This document shows positions 20,576 through 29,708 of a stretch of 39,691 bases of DNA, piece by piece. Under the pieces are notes generated by a model, which ran no database searches, was not told the origin of the DNA, and worked only from the letters and a program-made list of their open reading frames with translations. The position numbers and the translations under genes were made by a program. Location of the stretch: NCBI GenBank assembly GCA_003023165.1, contig PXSD01000072.1, positions 1 to 39,691 of the forward strand, read 5' to 3'. The first letter of the stretch is position 1. Each line of letters starts with the position of its first letter. The stretch is from Halobacteriales archaeon QS_9_67_15. Its GTDB lineage: Archaea; Halobacteriota; Halobacteria; Halobacteriales; Haloarculaceae.

Positions 20576-20712
20576 GCCCATATCTCCGGAACGGTGGCAA
20601 AAAAGCGTGCCGGACGTGTCGTCCCTCGCTCGCCACTCCCTGATAGTTTCCGGAAGTCCCAGTGACCACGCGAGTCGGGCGCCGGCCCGGGCGACGGAAC
20701 TACGGACGGATC

Positions 20713-20901
20713 ATGCGTAGTACGGCCCACCAACCGGAAACGCCGAAGCGGTACGTCTGCGAGAACTGTCAGGGAGTCCACGCGGGCACACCGGTCCACG
20801 ACTCGGGCGGTGACCACCACTTCGAGCCCCCGAGCGACTGCGGCGGGTGCGGCGAGACCGCGTTTGTCGCCCTCTCGGACTGGGTGCACCACCACGCGCG
20901 A
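20713..20901 (+). CDS. Small zinc-finger protein (CxxC...CxxCG); natural stop apparently lost
   Basis: MRSTAHQPETPKRYVCENCQ...EPPSDCGGCGETAFVALSDWVHHHA, then CGA at 20899-20901. The frame continues to 21261 antisense to purA. Confidence 0.6.
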
Positions 20902-20950
20902 CCGGAGACCGAGCCGATTCGGCGCGCCTGCGGAGACGGAAACGACGCCG

Positions 20951-22336
20951 TCAGAAGGGGTTCTCGCGGACGACCGTCTCGGAGCGGCCGGGGCCGACGC
21001 CGACCGCGTAGACCGGCGTGTCGAGTTCGCCTTCGAGGTACTCGAGGTACGTTCGCGCGTTCTCCGGGAGCACCTCGTAGCCCTCCTCGGCGACCTCGCC
21101 CCAGTCGCAGTCGGCCCAGCCGTCGAACGAGCGCACGGTCGCCTCGCAGTCGGCCCACTGTTCGGTCGTCGCGGGCATCGTCGCCAGTTCCTCGCCGTCG
21201 AGCGTGTACGCGTGCCCGACTTTCACTTCGTTCAGCCCGGCGAGCGTGTCGACGTGGTTGACGGCCAGTCCTGTGAATCCGTTCACGCGCGCGGCGTGGC
21301 GGAGCATCGGCACGTCGAGCCAGCCGACCCGGCGCGGCCGACCGGTGACGGTGCCGTACTCGCCGCCGGCCTCGCGGATGTGGACGGCCAGTTCCTCGCG
21401 TTCGGTCCTGGGGTTCTCGGGGTCGCCGTCGTAGCCCGGGGTGTCCCCGGGGACGCCGCCGAGTTCGGTCGGCATCGGACCGCTCCCGACGCGGGAGAGG
21501 TAGGCCTTGACGATCCCGACGACCTCGCCGTCGCCGACGACGCCCGGCGCGAGGCCGGTCCCGGTGCACGCGCCGCCCGCGGTCGGGTTGGACGAAGTGA
21601 CGTAAGGGTAGTTACCGTGGTCGATGTCGAGGACCGTTCCCTGTGCGCCTTCGAGCATGACGTTCGCGCCGTCGTCCATCGCCGCGGCGAGGTAGTCGCC
21701 GGCGTTGACAGTCATGTCTTCCGCGGCGAGGCGCTCGCCGTAGGCGGCGAACTCGTCGTAGAGGGCCTCGACGTCGAGCGCGTCCGGTTCGTCGAGGTCG
21801 TCGATATCGAGGCCGTACACGTCCTCGACGAGCGCCCGTTTCTGCGGGACGGCGTACTCGAAATGCTGGCGGAGGACGTCCGGGTCGAGGAGGTCGCCGA
21901 CGCGGACGCCGCGGCGGCCCGCCTTGTCCTCGTAGGTCGGGCCGATACCGCGACCGGTCGTCCCGATCTCGTCGTCGTCTTCGCGTTTGACCGCCTCCTC
22001 GATGCCGTCGAGGAGGCGGTGGTACGGCAGGATAACGTGGGCGCGCTCGGCGACGCGGACGTCCGGGTTGATCCCGCGCTCGCGGAGCGCGTCGATCTCG
22101 TCGAACAGCGTTCGCGGGTTGACGACACAGCCGTTGCCGAGGACGTTGACCTTGCCGCGGATAGCGCCGCTCGGCACGAGCGAGAGCTTGTACTCCTCGC
22201 CCTCGTGGACGACGGTGTGGCCGGCGTTGTCGCCACCCTGGTAGCGAACGACGACGTCGGCGTCGTCACCGAAGGCGTCGACGATACCACCCTTCCCCTC
22301 GTCGCCGAGCTGCGAACCGACGATGGTGACGGTCAT
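20951..22336 (-). CDS. purA: Adenylosuccinate synthetase
   Basis: QLGDEGKG, RYQGGDNAGHT, IGTTGRGIGP, EGAQG, GTVTGRPRRVGW. Confidence 0.97.
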   Translation of the reverse strand: MTVTIVGSQLGDEGKGGIVDAFGDDADVVVRYQGGDNAGHTVVHEGEEYKLSLVPSGAIRGKVNVLGNGCVVNPRTLFDEIDALRERGINPDVRVAERAHVILPYHRLLDGIEEAVKREDDDEIGTTGRGIGPTYEDKAGRRGVRVGDLLDPDVLRQHFEYAVPQKRALVEDVYGLDIDDLDEPDALDVEALYDEFAAYGERLAAEDMTVNAGDYLAAAMDDGANVMLEGAQGTVLDIDHGNYPYVTSSNPTAGGACTGTGLAPGVVGDGEVVGIVKAYLSRVGSGPMPTELGGVPGDTPGYDGDPENPRTEREELAVHIREAGGEYGTVTGRPRRVGWLDVPMLRHAARVNGFTGLAVNHVDTLAGLNEVKVGHAYTLDGEELATMPATTEQWADCEATVRSFDGWADCDWGEVAEEGYEVLPENARTYLEYLEGELDTPVYAVGVGPGRSETVVRENPF

Positions 22337-22495
22337 ACACCCGAGATTCCGTGGGCCTGTGTAAACAGATTACGGTCCGAGCGCGCGCGTGCCCGAACAC
22401 CGCATGACCCGAAGCGATTCGACCCGGGCCACTCGAGCCGCCCAGTCCGAACGGTATCGCGGTCGAGACCACCGCCTGACTGTTCCCGTGACCGG

Positions 22496-22642
22496 AATTG
22501 TTAACTGCTACCACGGAGAAGCCCGAACTCACTGGCTGCTGGCGCGTCTCCGGGTGAGAGGCCGGACCCGTGTGGGTTGCCTCCGTCGCATGATTCCTGT
22601 CCGACAGCAACCTTTAAAACCCTCAAACACAAGTTAACAATT
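22496..22642. promoter_or_regulatory. Pair of inverted 11-bp boxes AATTGTTAACT / AGTTAACAATT plus TATA (22613-22619) in the divergent purA intergenic region
   Basis: Exact reverse-complement copies at 22496-22506 and 22632-22642. The second lies 3 nt before the ATG at 22646. Confidence 0.5.
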
Positions 22643-22645
22643 GCC

Positions 22646-22951
22646 ATGATAGATAGGCTTGAGAAGGAAGTAGATATGCTCGAGCGACATCTGCAGGTCC
22701 TGCGAATGGTGATCCAGAACGAACCGATCGGGATCGTGAAGATGTCCAACGAGACGGGATACCCGCATCACAAGGTTCGCTACTCGCTGCGCGTGCTGGA
22801 GGAGGAAAACCTCATCGAACCGTCGAGCCAGGGGGCGATCACGACCGAGCAGACGGGGGAGTTCGTCGAGGACCTCGACGACAAGATCGACCATATCATC
22901 GAGAAACTCGAGGGCATGAAGATCGAGGAAGCGGCCGAAGTCGAGAACTGA
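22646..22951 (+). CDS. Conserved haloarchaeal small winged-helix protein
   Basis: MIDRLEKEVDMLERHLQVL..EPIGIVKMSNETGYPHHKVRYSLRVLEEENLIEPSSQGA, an HTH-like pattern. Confidence 0.85.
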   Translation: MIDRLEKEVDMLERHLQVLRMVIQNEPIGIVKMSNETGYPHHKVRYSLRVLEEENLIEPSSQGAITTEQTGEFVEDLDDKIDHIIEKLEGMKIEEAAEVEN

Positions 22952-22982
22952 TTCTGCGGACTGCGGCTGCCCGTTCTACCGA

Positions 22983-25619
22983 TTAGAGCTCCGGGACCGC
23001 GAGGTGGAACTTCTCTTCTCGCGCTTCGACGAGACAGAGGTGATACCCCTGCTTGCGCGACAGTTTCACGAAGCTCTCGCGCTTGTCGCGGCTGAGCAGC
23101 CCGCCGCTGGTGGCCTCGGCGGCCGTCTCTAGCGCCTCGGGCTCGAAGAAGCTCGACGTGACGAGGAGCGACGCGCCGAGGGTCCCCGTCGACTCGCCGA
23201 CGTGCGAGGAGGCGGTGACCAGCGCCGACATCATGCTCTCGCTCGCGGCCTGGCGGGAGTCGTTCATGTTCGCCGTCAGCAGGGCGTTGCCCATCCGGTC
23301 GCGCATAACGACGTCGAACGACTCCTGGCTCCGCCGCTCCTGGCCGTCCTCGGTGTACTCCGTGCTGACCGTGCCGTTGAGTTCGGCGCGGTCGATCTGA
23401 GGGATCGCGTCGTAGAGGTCCTGGAGCGCGGAGACCTTCCCGGTGTCGCGGATCTCGTACAGCAGGTCGTTGATGACCCAGGTGACAAACTGGTACTGCA
23501 TCGTCTCCCGGAGGAACTCGTCGAACGACCGACCGCCGACGGACGCGTTCTCGCCGTCGAACTGCGTGTGGTACTCCAGTCCGAGGTTCTCGCCGACCTC
23601 CTGTCGGCTCGCCTCGCCGGCGTGGGCAGTCTCGAGCGTCGCCTTGCCCTTCGAGCCGTACCGAACGAACAGGTTGGTCTGGTCGAGCGCCTCACCCGGA
23701 CTCAGGCGCTCCTCCGCCCCGACGGCGGCACCGAACTCCGCTTCGATCTCGTCGATCTGTGATTCGAGTCGTTCGACCTCCCCCTCCAGTTCACCGACCT
23801 CCGACTGGAGCGCGTCCCGCTCGGACCGGAGGTCGTCGCGCTCCGACTCGACCGCGTCGATGCGGGACTGGAGGTCGTCACGTTCGGTTCGCACGCGCTC
23901 GAGCTGGGCGCGCAGGTCGTCCCGTTCGGACTCCGCTGTCGCCAGGTCGGCTTCGAGGTCCTCGATCTCCGCCTCGCGCTCGGCCAGTTCCGCCTCGAGG
24001 TCCCTGGCGCGTGCGCCCGACCGCTGGGCATCCGCGTCGACCGGCTGTTCGTCTGTCGTCCTCGGTTCCTCGGTCGCCCTGCGCTGCCGTGGTTCCCCGC
24101 CCCCCGCGTTTGACGCCCCGTCGTTCCCGGCGGGTCGACCGTTCTGTCGACCGCTGCCCGACTCGGCGCGGCCGCCGGTGTCGCCGCCCGCTCGCTCGTT
24201 CGACGGGGCCGTAGACCGGACGTCTCTCTCGGCGGACGTGGTGGGTTCGGGCGAGTCCCGCCCCGAGCTGTTTTCGGGGGCCGCTCGGGCGGCCGCGGTC
24301 GTCTCGTCCGGTCCCTGTGACGTCGTCCGCGACGGGTCGAGCGACGGGATCGAGTGGGTGGCTAGCTGGTCCGGCTTCGTCGCGCTTCCAGCGGCCGCTC
24401 CGCCCGTGTCCGGGGCGCGTCCGGCGGTCGACTGCTCCGCCGGTTCGGACGGACGGCCCGCGGTACCGGTTGGTTGTTCGGCCGTCTCGCGCGGCGCGTC
24501 CGCCTCGGAATCCCTCGTCCGCGTGTCCGTCGGCCGCGTCTCCGCACGCTCCGTGGTCGCTCGTGTCTCCCTCGACTTCGCCTGACGCGACCGGTCGGTT
24601 CGGTCCGCGTCCGTCCACCGGTCCCTCCGTGTCCGGTCCGTCGGACCTGCGGACTCCCGTTCGGTCGCCTCGTCGGTGGCTCGCTCCTCCCGAGTCGAGC
24701 CGTCCGGTGAGGGGCTCTCGCCGGTCTGCTCCGACCGCTCCGCGTCCGATTCGGCGGACGCTCCCGTCCCCGACGTGTCGGGTTCGGGACTACTCGTCTC
24801 GGACGCGGTCGCGTCCGCCGAGGGCGGGTCAGCGTGTTCGTCGTCCGCCTTCGCGTCGACCGAATTCCCGTCGGCCGAACTCGCGTCGACCGCGCTCTGA
24901 TCCGCCTGCCCGTCCGTCTCTTCGACCGTCTCTGGCGTGGCGTCGTCCGATCCGCTCGCTGCGCCCGGGGATTCGGTGGTGTCAGTCGCGTCGGATCCGG
25001 AGTCGTCGGCCGACGTGTCGGTCGCGGCGGTACTGCCGGCGGCCGCACCCGCGGCGTCGCCGGCACCGTCGTCCGCCCCCGCGTCCGGGATCTCGACAGG
25101 TTCGATCTCGGCGGGGCGGACCTGGAAGATACCGACCTCGCCGTCGGCGCGGTCGAAGGCCTCGTCCTCGGTGAGCAGCTGGCCGCTGTTGCCGACCCAC
25201 GCGACGGCCATCGAGCGGCCGCGGTGGTAGACGACGTAGTAGTCCCCGCTGAGGACGTTCTCCGAGAGCTCGATGAAGCCGGTGAAGTTCCCGTCCGAGA
25301 GCGTTCCGTCGACCTCCGAGAGCGGTGTGTCCTCGGAGTAGTACTTCCCGCGGACCTCGTCGTTGCGTTCCTGTATGAGCGCGAGCAGGGGGAGCGCGGG
25401 CGAGGGCGCCGCGTAGGCGGTCCCGCTCGCGCCCTCGTAGTCGTCGATGTCGCCGTCGAGGATGCCGACGACCGTCCCGTTGAGCATACAGAGTTTCGCG
25501 GCGCCCGCCTGGACGACCCCCGAGAACTCCTCGTCCGCGAGGTCGTCCAGGCCGCGATAGCCGTCCCGGAACGGCGACGACTTCCATTCGTCGAACTGCT
25601 CTACAGCGCGCGTGGTCAT
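22983..25619 (-). CDS. Large conserved haloarchaeal protein: globular N- and C-domains, disordered acidic linker and coiled coil
   Basis: 878 aa. ELSENVLSGDYYVVY N-domain, a long low-complexity linker, ERDDL heptads, C-domain ending FHLAVPEL. Confidence 0.85.
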   Translation of the reverse strand: MTTRAVEQFDEWKSSPFRDGYRGLDDLADEEFSGVVQAGAAKLCMLNGTVVGILDGDIDDYEGASGTAYAAPSPALPLLALIQERNDEVRGKYYSEDTPLSEVDGTLSDGNFTGFIELSENVLSGDYYVVYHRGRSMAVAWVGNSGQLLTEDEAFDRADGEVGIFQVRPAEIEPVEIPDAGADDGAGDAAGAAAGSTAATDTSADDSGSDATDTTESPGAASGSDDATPETVEETDGQADQSAVDASSADGNSVDAKADDEHADPPSADATASETSSPEPDTSGTGASAESDAERSEQTGESPSPDGSTREERATDEATERESAGPTDRTRRDRWTDADRTDRSRQAKSRETRATTERAETRPTDTRTRDSEADAPRETAEQPTGTAGRPSEPAEQSTAGRAPDTGGAAAGSATKPDQLATHSIPSLDPSRTTSQGPDETTAAARAAPENSSGRDSPEPTTSAERDVRSTAPSNERAGGDTGGRAESGSGRQNGRPAGNDGASNAGGGEPRQRRATEEPRTTDEQPVDADAQRSGARARDLEAELAEREAEIEDLEADLATAESERDDLRAQLERVRTERDDLQSRIDAVESERDDLRSERDALQSEVGELEGEVERLESQIDEIEAEFGAAVGAEERLSPGEALDQTNLFVRYGSKGKATLETAHAGEASRQEVGENLGLEYHTQFDGENASVGGRSFDEFLRETMQYQFVTWVINDLLYEIRDTGKVSALQDLYDAIPQIDRAELNGTVSTEYTEDGQERRSQESFDVVMRDRMGNALLTANMNDSRQAASESMMSALVTASSHVGESTGTLGASLLVTSSFFEPEALETAAEATSGGLLSRDKRESFVKLSRKQGYHLCLVEAREEKFHLAVPEL

Positions 25620-25737
25620 TGGTATGGAAAAGCCCCATGCGAACCAAATACTTTGCGCCCACGCCCGGCGCGTTCCGCCGCCGGGTTCGGGCGCGGAATT
25701 CGGTGCACATATGACTCAGCAGTTCCAACGCGCGGAT

Positions 25738-26142
25738 ATGGAAGAACAACCGGGACTGTCGGACCAGTATCGGACGGCCAGTCCGTGGCCGCTGCTCGTC
25801 GCAGTGGGATTCGCCCTCTCCGAAGTCGGCGTTTTCCTCGGCATCTTCCCGGTCGCCGTCGGCGGGATCCTCCTGCTGGGCGGCAGCGTGGCCGGCATCC
25901 TCGCCGAGTCGGGCTACGCGCGGCGTCCGTGGCGGACGCTCGCCCTGCTCGGTGGCGTCTTCGCGGGCCTCGGCGCGGCGCTCGTCGCGACTCAGCTACC
26001 CGGTTCGTCCGTCGGCCTCCTCGAAGTCGTCGCCGACCCGAACGGCGTCGTCGGCCGCGGCCTCGCGGTCGCTGTCGCCGGCGCGATGCTCGTCGCCGCC
26101 GGGGCGACCAGCCAGATGTTCGGCCGCTCCCAGCAGGTCTGA
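25738..26142 (+). CDS. cox-cluster membrane protein
   Basis: MEEQPGLSDQYRTASPWPLLVA, four TM segments, upstream of coxA. Confidence 0.8.
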   Translation: MEEQPGLSDQYRTASPWPLLVAVGFALSEVGVFLGIFPVAVGGILLLGGSVAGILAESGYARRPWRTLALLGGVFAGLGAALVATQLPGSSVGLLEVVADPNGVVGRGLAVAVAGAMLVAAGATSQMFGRSQQV

Positions 26143-26253
26143 GCCGACCCGCTCTCCGTGCCTCTCGTCGGTCGACGGCAGATCCACCGTGGAGGGCGTC
26201 GCTCCGCGGCTGAAATCGACACTCTATTTATTCGCGTCTCCGTAGGTGCGCGC

Positions 26254-26508
26254 ATGTCGGAGAAGATATTCGACCGCGAGACGCTCCTCGACCTGACGGT
26301 CAACTTCATCCCGTTCGGCATCATCCTGTTTTTCATCGGTGTGTTCGCGCTCGTCTCCCCGTGGGGCGTCGACCCGTTCGTCTCCGGGATGCAGTTCGCG
26401 GTCGTCGGCATCATGGCCGCCGCGCTCGTCGTCCTCACCTACTACGCGGGCAAGGCGATCTCGACCGCGGAGAAGAAGGCGGAAGCCGACCAGGGTCACA
26501 GCAAGTAA
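26254..26508 (+). CDS. cox-cluster small membrane protein (DUF6684-like)
   Basis: MSEKIFDRETLLDLTVNFIP...LTYYAGKAI, two TM segments. Confidence 0.8.
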   Translation: MSEKIFDRETLLDLTVNFIPFGIILFFIGVFALVSPWGVDPFVSGMQFAVVGIMAAALVVLTYYAGKAISTAEKKAEADQGHSK

Positions 26509-26697
26509 CGGACGACCTGCCGTCCGACTGTCTGCCGGGAGCGTCGCCCCGCTGTTCACTCCCCGGTTGGACTCTCGAATCCGGGGTCACTCTCCGGGCT
26601 GTTCTTCACGATTTTTTCCACACACGGCGGGCGGACGAACGCATTCGATGGGACGGTTTCCTAACCATTCATATGGCACCAGTACTGAGGTCCGAGT

Positions 26698-28515
26698 ATG
26701 GTATCAGCCCAGCTCGTGCTAACGGCGTTGATGGGGGTCTTCCTCGTCGGCGTCGTCGCGTTCCTCTCACGAGTCGAGGACTGGCGTTCGTACACTCCGC
26801 TGGTGAGTGGTGGTGGCGGCGGCTACGGTGACACCGGCGCGACTGTCCACCGCGAGAAGCCGGCCGGCATCACGCGGTGGCTGACGACCGTCGACCACAA
26901 GGACATCGGACTCCTCTACGGGACCTACGGCATCATCGCGTTCGCCGTCGGCGGCCTCATGGCGTTTCTCATCCGCATGCAGCTCATCGCACCGGAGGGC
27001 GCGGTCGTCGGCAACAGCTTCTACAACGCCGTCCTGACGAGCCATGGGATCACAATGTTGTTCCTGTTCGGGACGCCGATCATCGCGGCGTTCTCGAACT
27101 ACTTCATCCCGCTGTTGATCGGCGCGGACGACATGGCGTTCCCGCGGATCAACGCCATCGCGTTCTGGCTCCTGCCGCCCGGTGCGCTCCTGATCTGGGC
27201 GGGCTTCTTCCTCCCGGGTATGGAGGGTGCCCAGACCGCATGGACGATGTACACGCCGCTGTCGGCCGAGCAGGCCAACGCCGGCGTCGACCTGATGCTC
27301 CTCGGACTCCACCTGACCGGCGTCTCCGCGACGATGGGGGCGATCAACTTCATCGCGACGATCTTCACGGAGCGCGACGACGACGTGACCTGGGCGAACC
27401 TCGACATCTTCTCGTGGACCATCCTCACCCAGTCGGCGCTCATCCTGTTCGCGTTCCCGCTGCTGGGGAGCGCAATCGTCATGCTCCTGCTCGACCGGAA
27501 CCTCGCGACGACGTTCTACGCCGTCGGCGAGGGCGGTGGGCCGATCCTCTGGCAACACCTGTTCTGGTTCTTCGGCCACCCCGAGGTGTACATCCTCGTG
27601 CTCCCGCCGATGGGCCTCGTGAGCTACATCCTCCCGAAGTTCTCGGGCCGGAAGCTGTTCGGGTTCAAGTTCATCGTCTACTCGACGCTGGCCATCGGCG
27701 TGCTTTCGTTCGGCGTCTGGGCCCACCACATGTTCACGACGGGCATCGACCCGCGCCTGCGGGCCTCGTTCATGGCCGTCTCGCTGGCCATCGCGATACC
27801 CTCGGCCGTCAAGACGTTCAACTGGATCACGACGATGTGGAACGGTCGGCTCCGCCTGACGACGCCGATGCTGTTCTGTATCGGCTTCGTCTCGAACTTC
27901 ATCCTCGGCGGCGTGACGGGCGTCTTCCTCGCCTCGGTCCCCGTCGACAAGGTGCTCCACGACACCTACTACGTCGTCGGCCACTTCCACTACATCGTGA
28001 TGGGCGCGATCGGCTTCGCTGTCTTCGCGGGCCTCTACTACTGGTTCCCCATCGTCACGGGTCGAATGTACCAGCGCAGGCTCGGCAAGTGGCACTTCTG
28101 GCTCTCGATGCTCGGGACCAACATCACGTTCTTCGCGATGCTGTTTCTCGGGTACCTCGGCATGCCGCGCCGGTACGCCACATACGACTTCAACTCGGCC
28201 ATCGCACCGCTGGACATGGTCACGCTGGCCCACCAGGCCGCTTCGGTCGGCGCGGTACTCCTGCTCATCGGCCAGCTCATCTTCGTCTGGAACATCGTCC
28301 AGTCGTGGCTCGAAGCGCCGGCGGTCGAGGACCCCGACCCCTGGGACCTCAAGGAGACGAACCAGCACGGCCGCGAGTTCCAGTGGCACGAACGCCGCAT
28401 CGCGACCGCCCTCGCCGACGGCGGCGAGGAGGAAGAGGCCGTGACCGACGGCGGCAAAGTGGTCGACGGAGCAAACGAGACGAGCGACGCCGCGTCCGAC
28501 TCGGCGGACGACTGA
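26698..28515 (+). CDS. coxA: Heme-copper oxidase (cytochrome c oxidase) subunit I, A1 type
   Basis: TVDHKDIG, DMAFPRIN, WFFGHPEVY, WAHHMF, VVGHFHY. Confidence 0.97.
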   Translation: MVSAQLVLTALMGVFLVGVVAFLSRVEDWRSYTPLVSGGGGGYGDTGATVHREKPAGITRWLTTVDHKDIGLLYGTYGIIAFAVGGLMAFLIRMQLIAPEGAVVGNSFYNAVLTSHGITMLFLFGTPIIAAFSNYFIPLLIGADDMAFPRINAIAFWLLPPGALLIWAGFFLPGMEGAQTAWTMYTPLSAEQANAGVDLMLLGLHLTGVSATMGAINFIATIFTERDDDVTWANLDIFSWTILTQSALILFAFPLLGSAIVMLLLDRNLATTFYAVGEGGGPILWQHLFWFFGHPEVYILVLPPMGLVSYILPKFSGRKLFGFKFIVYSTLAIGVLSFGVWAHHMFTTGIDPRLRASFMAVSLAIAIPSAVKTFNWITTMWNGRLRLTTPMLFCIGFVSNFILGGVTGVFLASVPVDKVLHDTYYVVGHFHYIVMGAIGFAVFAGLYYWFPIVTGRMYQRRLGKWHFWLSMLGTNITFFAMLFLGYLGMPRRYATYDFNSAIAPLDMVTLAHQAASVGAVLLLIGQLIFVWNIVQSWLEAPAVEDPDPWDLKETNQHGREFQWHERRIATALADGGEEEEAVTDGGKVVDGANETSDAASDSADD

Positions 28516-28570
28516 CGCGCCGGTTCTGGAATCGCGATTTTCGAGCAACTCAAACGCTCAAATAGGGTCT

Positions 28571-28667
28571 TGCGACCCTCTCATAGTGATTATTGTAGCG
28601 ATGTACCGGTACGCGCCGCCACCGAAGTCGGCGCGATCCGGAAATAATCTACAATAATCACTATCAG
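28571..28667 (-). mobile_element. 97-bp palindromic MITE/REP-like element, copy B (inverted relative to copy A)
   Basis: 16-bp inverted arms atagtgattattgtag (28583-28598) and ctacaataatcactat (28649-28664). The 72-bp core is 68/72 identical to copy A. Confidence 0.8.
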
Positions 28668-28727
28668 CACTGGCGGACAGCCGCCGCTCTCGGGTTGTCG
28701 CGAGTAGATGGCGATTGGCACGCCCGT

Positions 28728-28841
28728 TCACGCGCCGATGACGAGGACGAACGCCGAGACGGCCATGAGCAGTGCGATGGCGGTGAGGACGAACAGCAGC
28801 AGCTCTTTCTCGGAGAAGCCCGAGTCGTCGAAGTCGCTCAT
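28728..28841 (-). CDS. Putative 37-aa single-TM microprotein
   Basis: MSDFDDSGFSEKELLLFVLTAIALLMAVSAFVLVIGA*. Acidic N-terminus plus a TM helix, GC3-rich codons, TTTTCA about 23 nt upstream. Below the ORF-track cutoff. Confidence 0.6.
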   Translation of the reverse strand: MSDFDDSGFSEKELLLFVLTAIALLMAVSAFVLVIGA

Positions 28842-28899
28842 ACCCCGGGTTGCGGCTGTGATGTGAAAAGGCTAACCACCTGTGGCCCGAACGACCGGT

Positions 28900-29184
28900 G
28901 TGACAGCGAACACGGACCGTCCGTCGCTCTCCGAGCGGGTCGCGGGACCGCGCGTCGTGTTGACCGTCTACCTGGCCGTGCTCGGCGTCGCCGGGACCAT
29001 GGGAGCGCTCCTCGGGTACGTCAACCCGGAGGGAATGGACCCGCAGCTGTTCTTCGTCGTCGACCTCCCGGCCTCGCCGCTTGGGATGGCGACGTTCGGG
29101 GTCGTCACGGTCGGCGTTACCCTCGGCGTCCTCCTACTCGTCGTGCGGTACGTCTCGCAGTTCGACCAGGACCGCGTCGAGTGA
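28900..29184 (+). CDS. cox-cluster small membrane protein
   Basis: GPRVVLTVYLAVLGVAGTMG..LPASPLGMATFG..YVSQFD, two TM segments. GTG start is uncertain (28882 or 28900). Confidence 0.75.
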   Translation: MTANTDRPSLSERVAGPRVVLTVYLAVLGVAGTMGALLGYVNPEGMDPQLFFVVDLPASPLGMATFGVVTVGVTLGVLLLVVRYVSQFDQDRVE

Positions 29185-29438
29185 GGAGAGCGGTGCTGCG
29201 GTGGTCGCCGTTCCCGCCGGGTCCGAGCGCGCGCGAGCGGTGCGGCGGCTCGGTCGGGCGTGATTCCGGGTCGATCACGAGCCGGAACTGAACGCGTCAG
29301 GTGTCCCACCTGGGGGGAGCGGGCCGGTCGGACGGGGGGGACGCGTCGAATCTCTAACGATTCTGGGCGCGTGAGCGGGCGAGCGCGGGACGATACAGTA
29401 ATCTTCAAAGGGCGTCCCGTCGGAGTTTCGGGGTAACG

Positions 29439-29708
29439 ATGGCATTGCTCGAGTCGATCGCGTTTGCGCTGTTCGCCATAGTCACAGTGGGGAGCAGCCT
29501 GGGCGTCGTGCTGGTGCGCGACGTCTGGCACTCGGCGCTGTTGCTCGGCGTAGCACTGTTGTCCGTCGCAGTGCACTACGTCATGCTCCAGGCCGAGTTC
29601 ATCGCTGCGATGCAAGTACTGGTGTACGTCGGTGGGGTGCTCATCCTCATCACGTTCGCCATCATGCTCACGGACAAGGACTCCCAGCCCGACGAGGTGG
29701 CAACATGA
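29439..29708 (+). CDS. nuoJ1: Complex I-like subunit J1
   Basis: SLGVVLVRDVWHSALLL..AEFIAAMQVLVYVGGVLILITFAIMLT. Confidence 0.92.
   Translation: MALLESIAFALFAIVTVGSSLGVVLVRDVWHSALLLGVALLSVAVHYVMLQAEFIAAMQVLVYVGGVLILITFAIMLTDKDSQPDEVAT

Noticed and set aside
18167-28667. Composite transposon or invertible segment bounded by the two inverted 97-bp elements
   Set aside because: The enclosed genes are core genes in their usual order relative to the left flank, and no recombinase or transposase is present.
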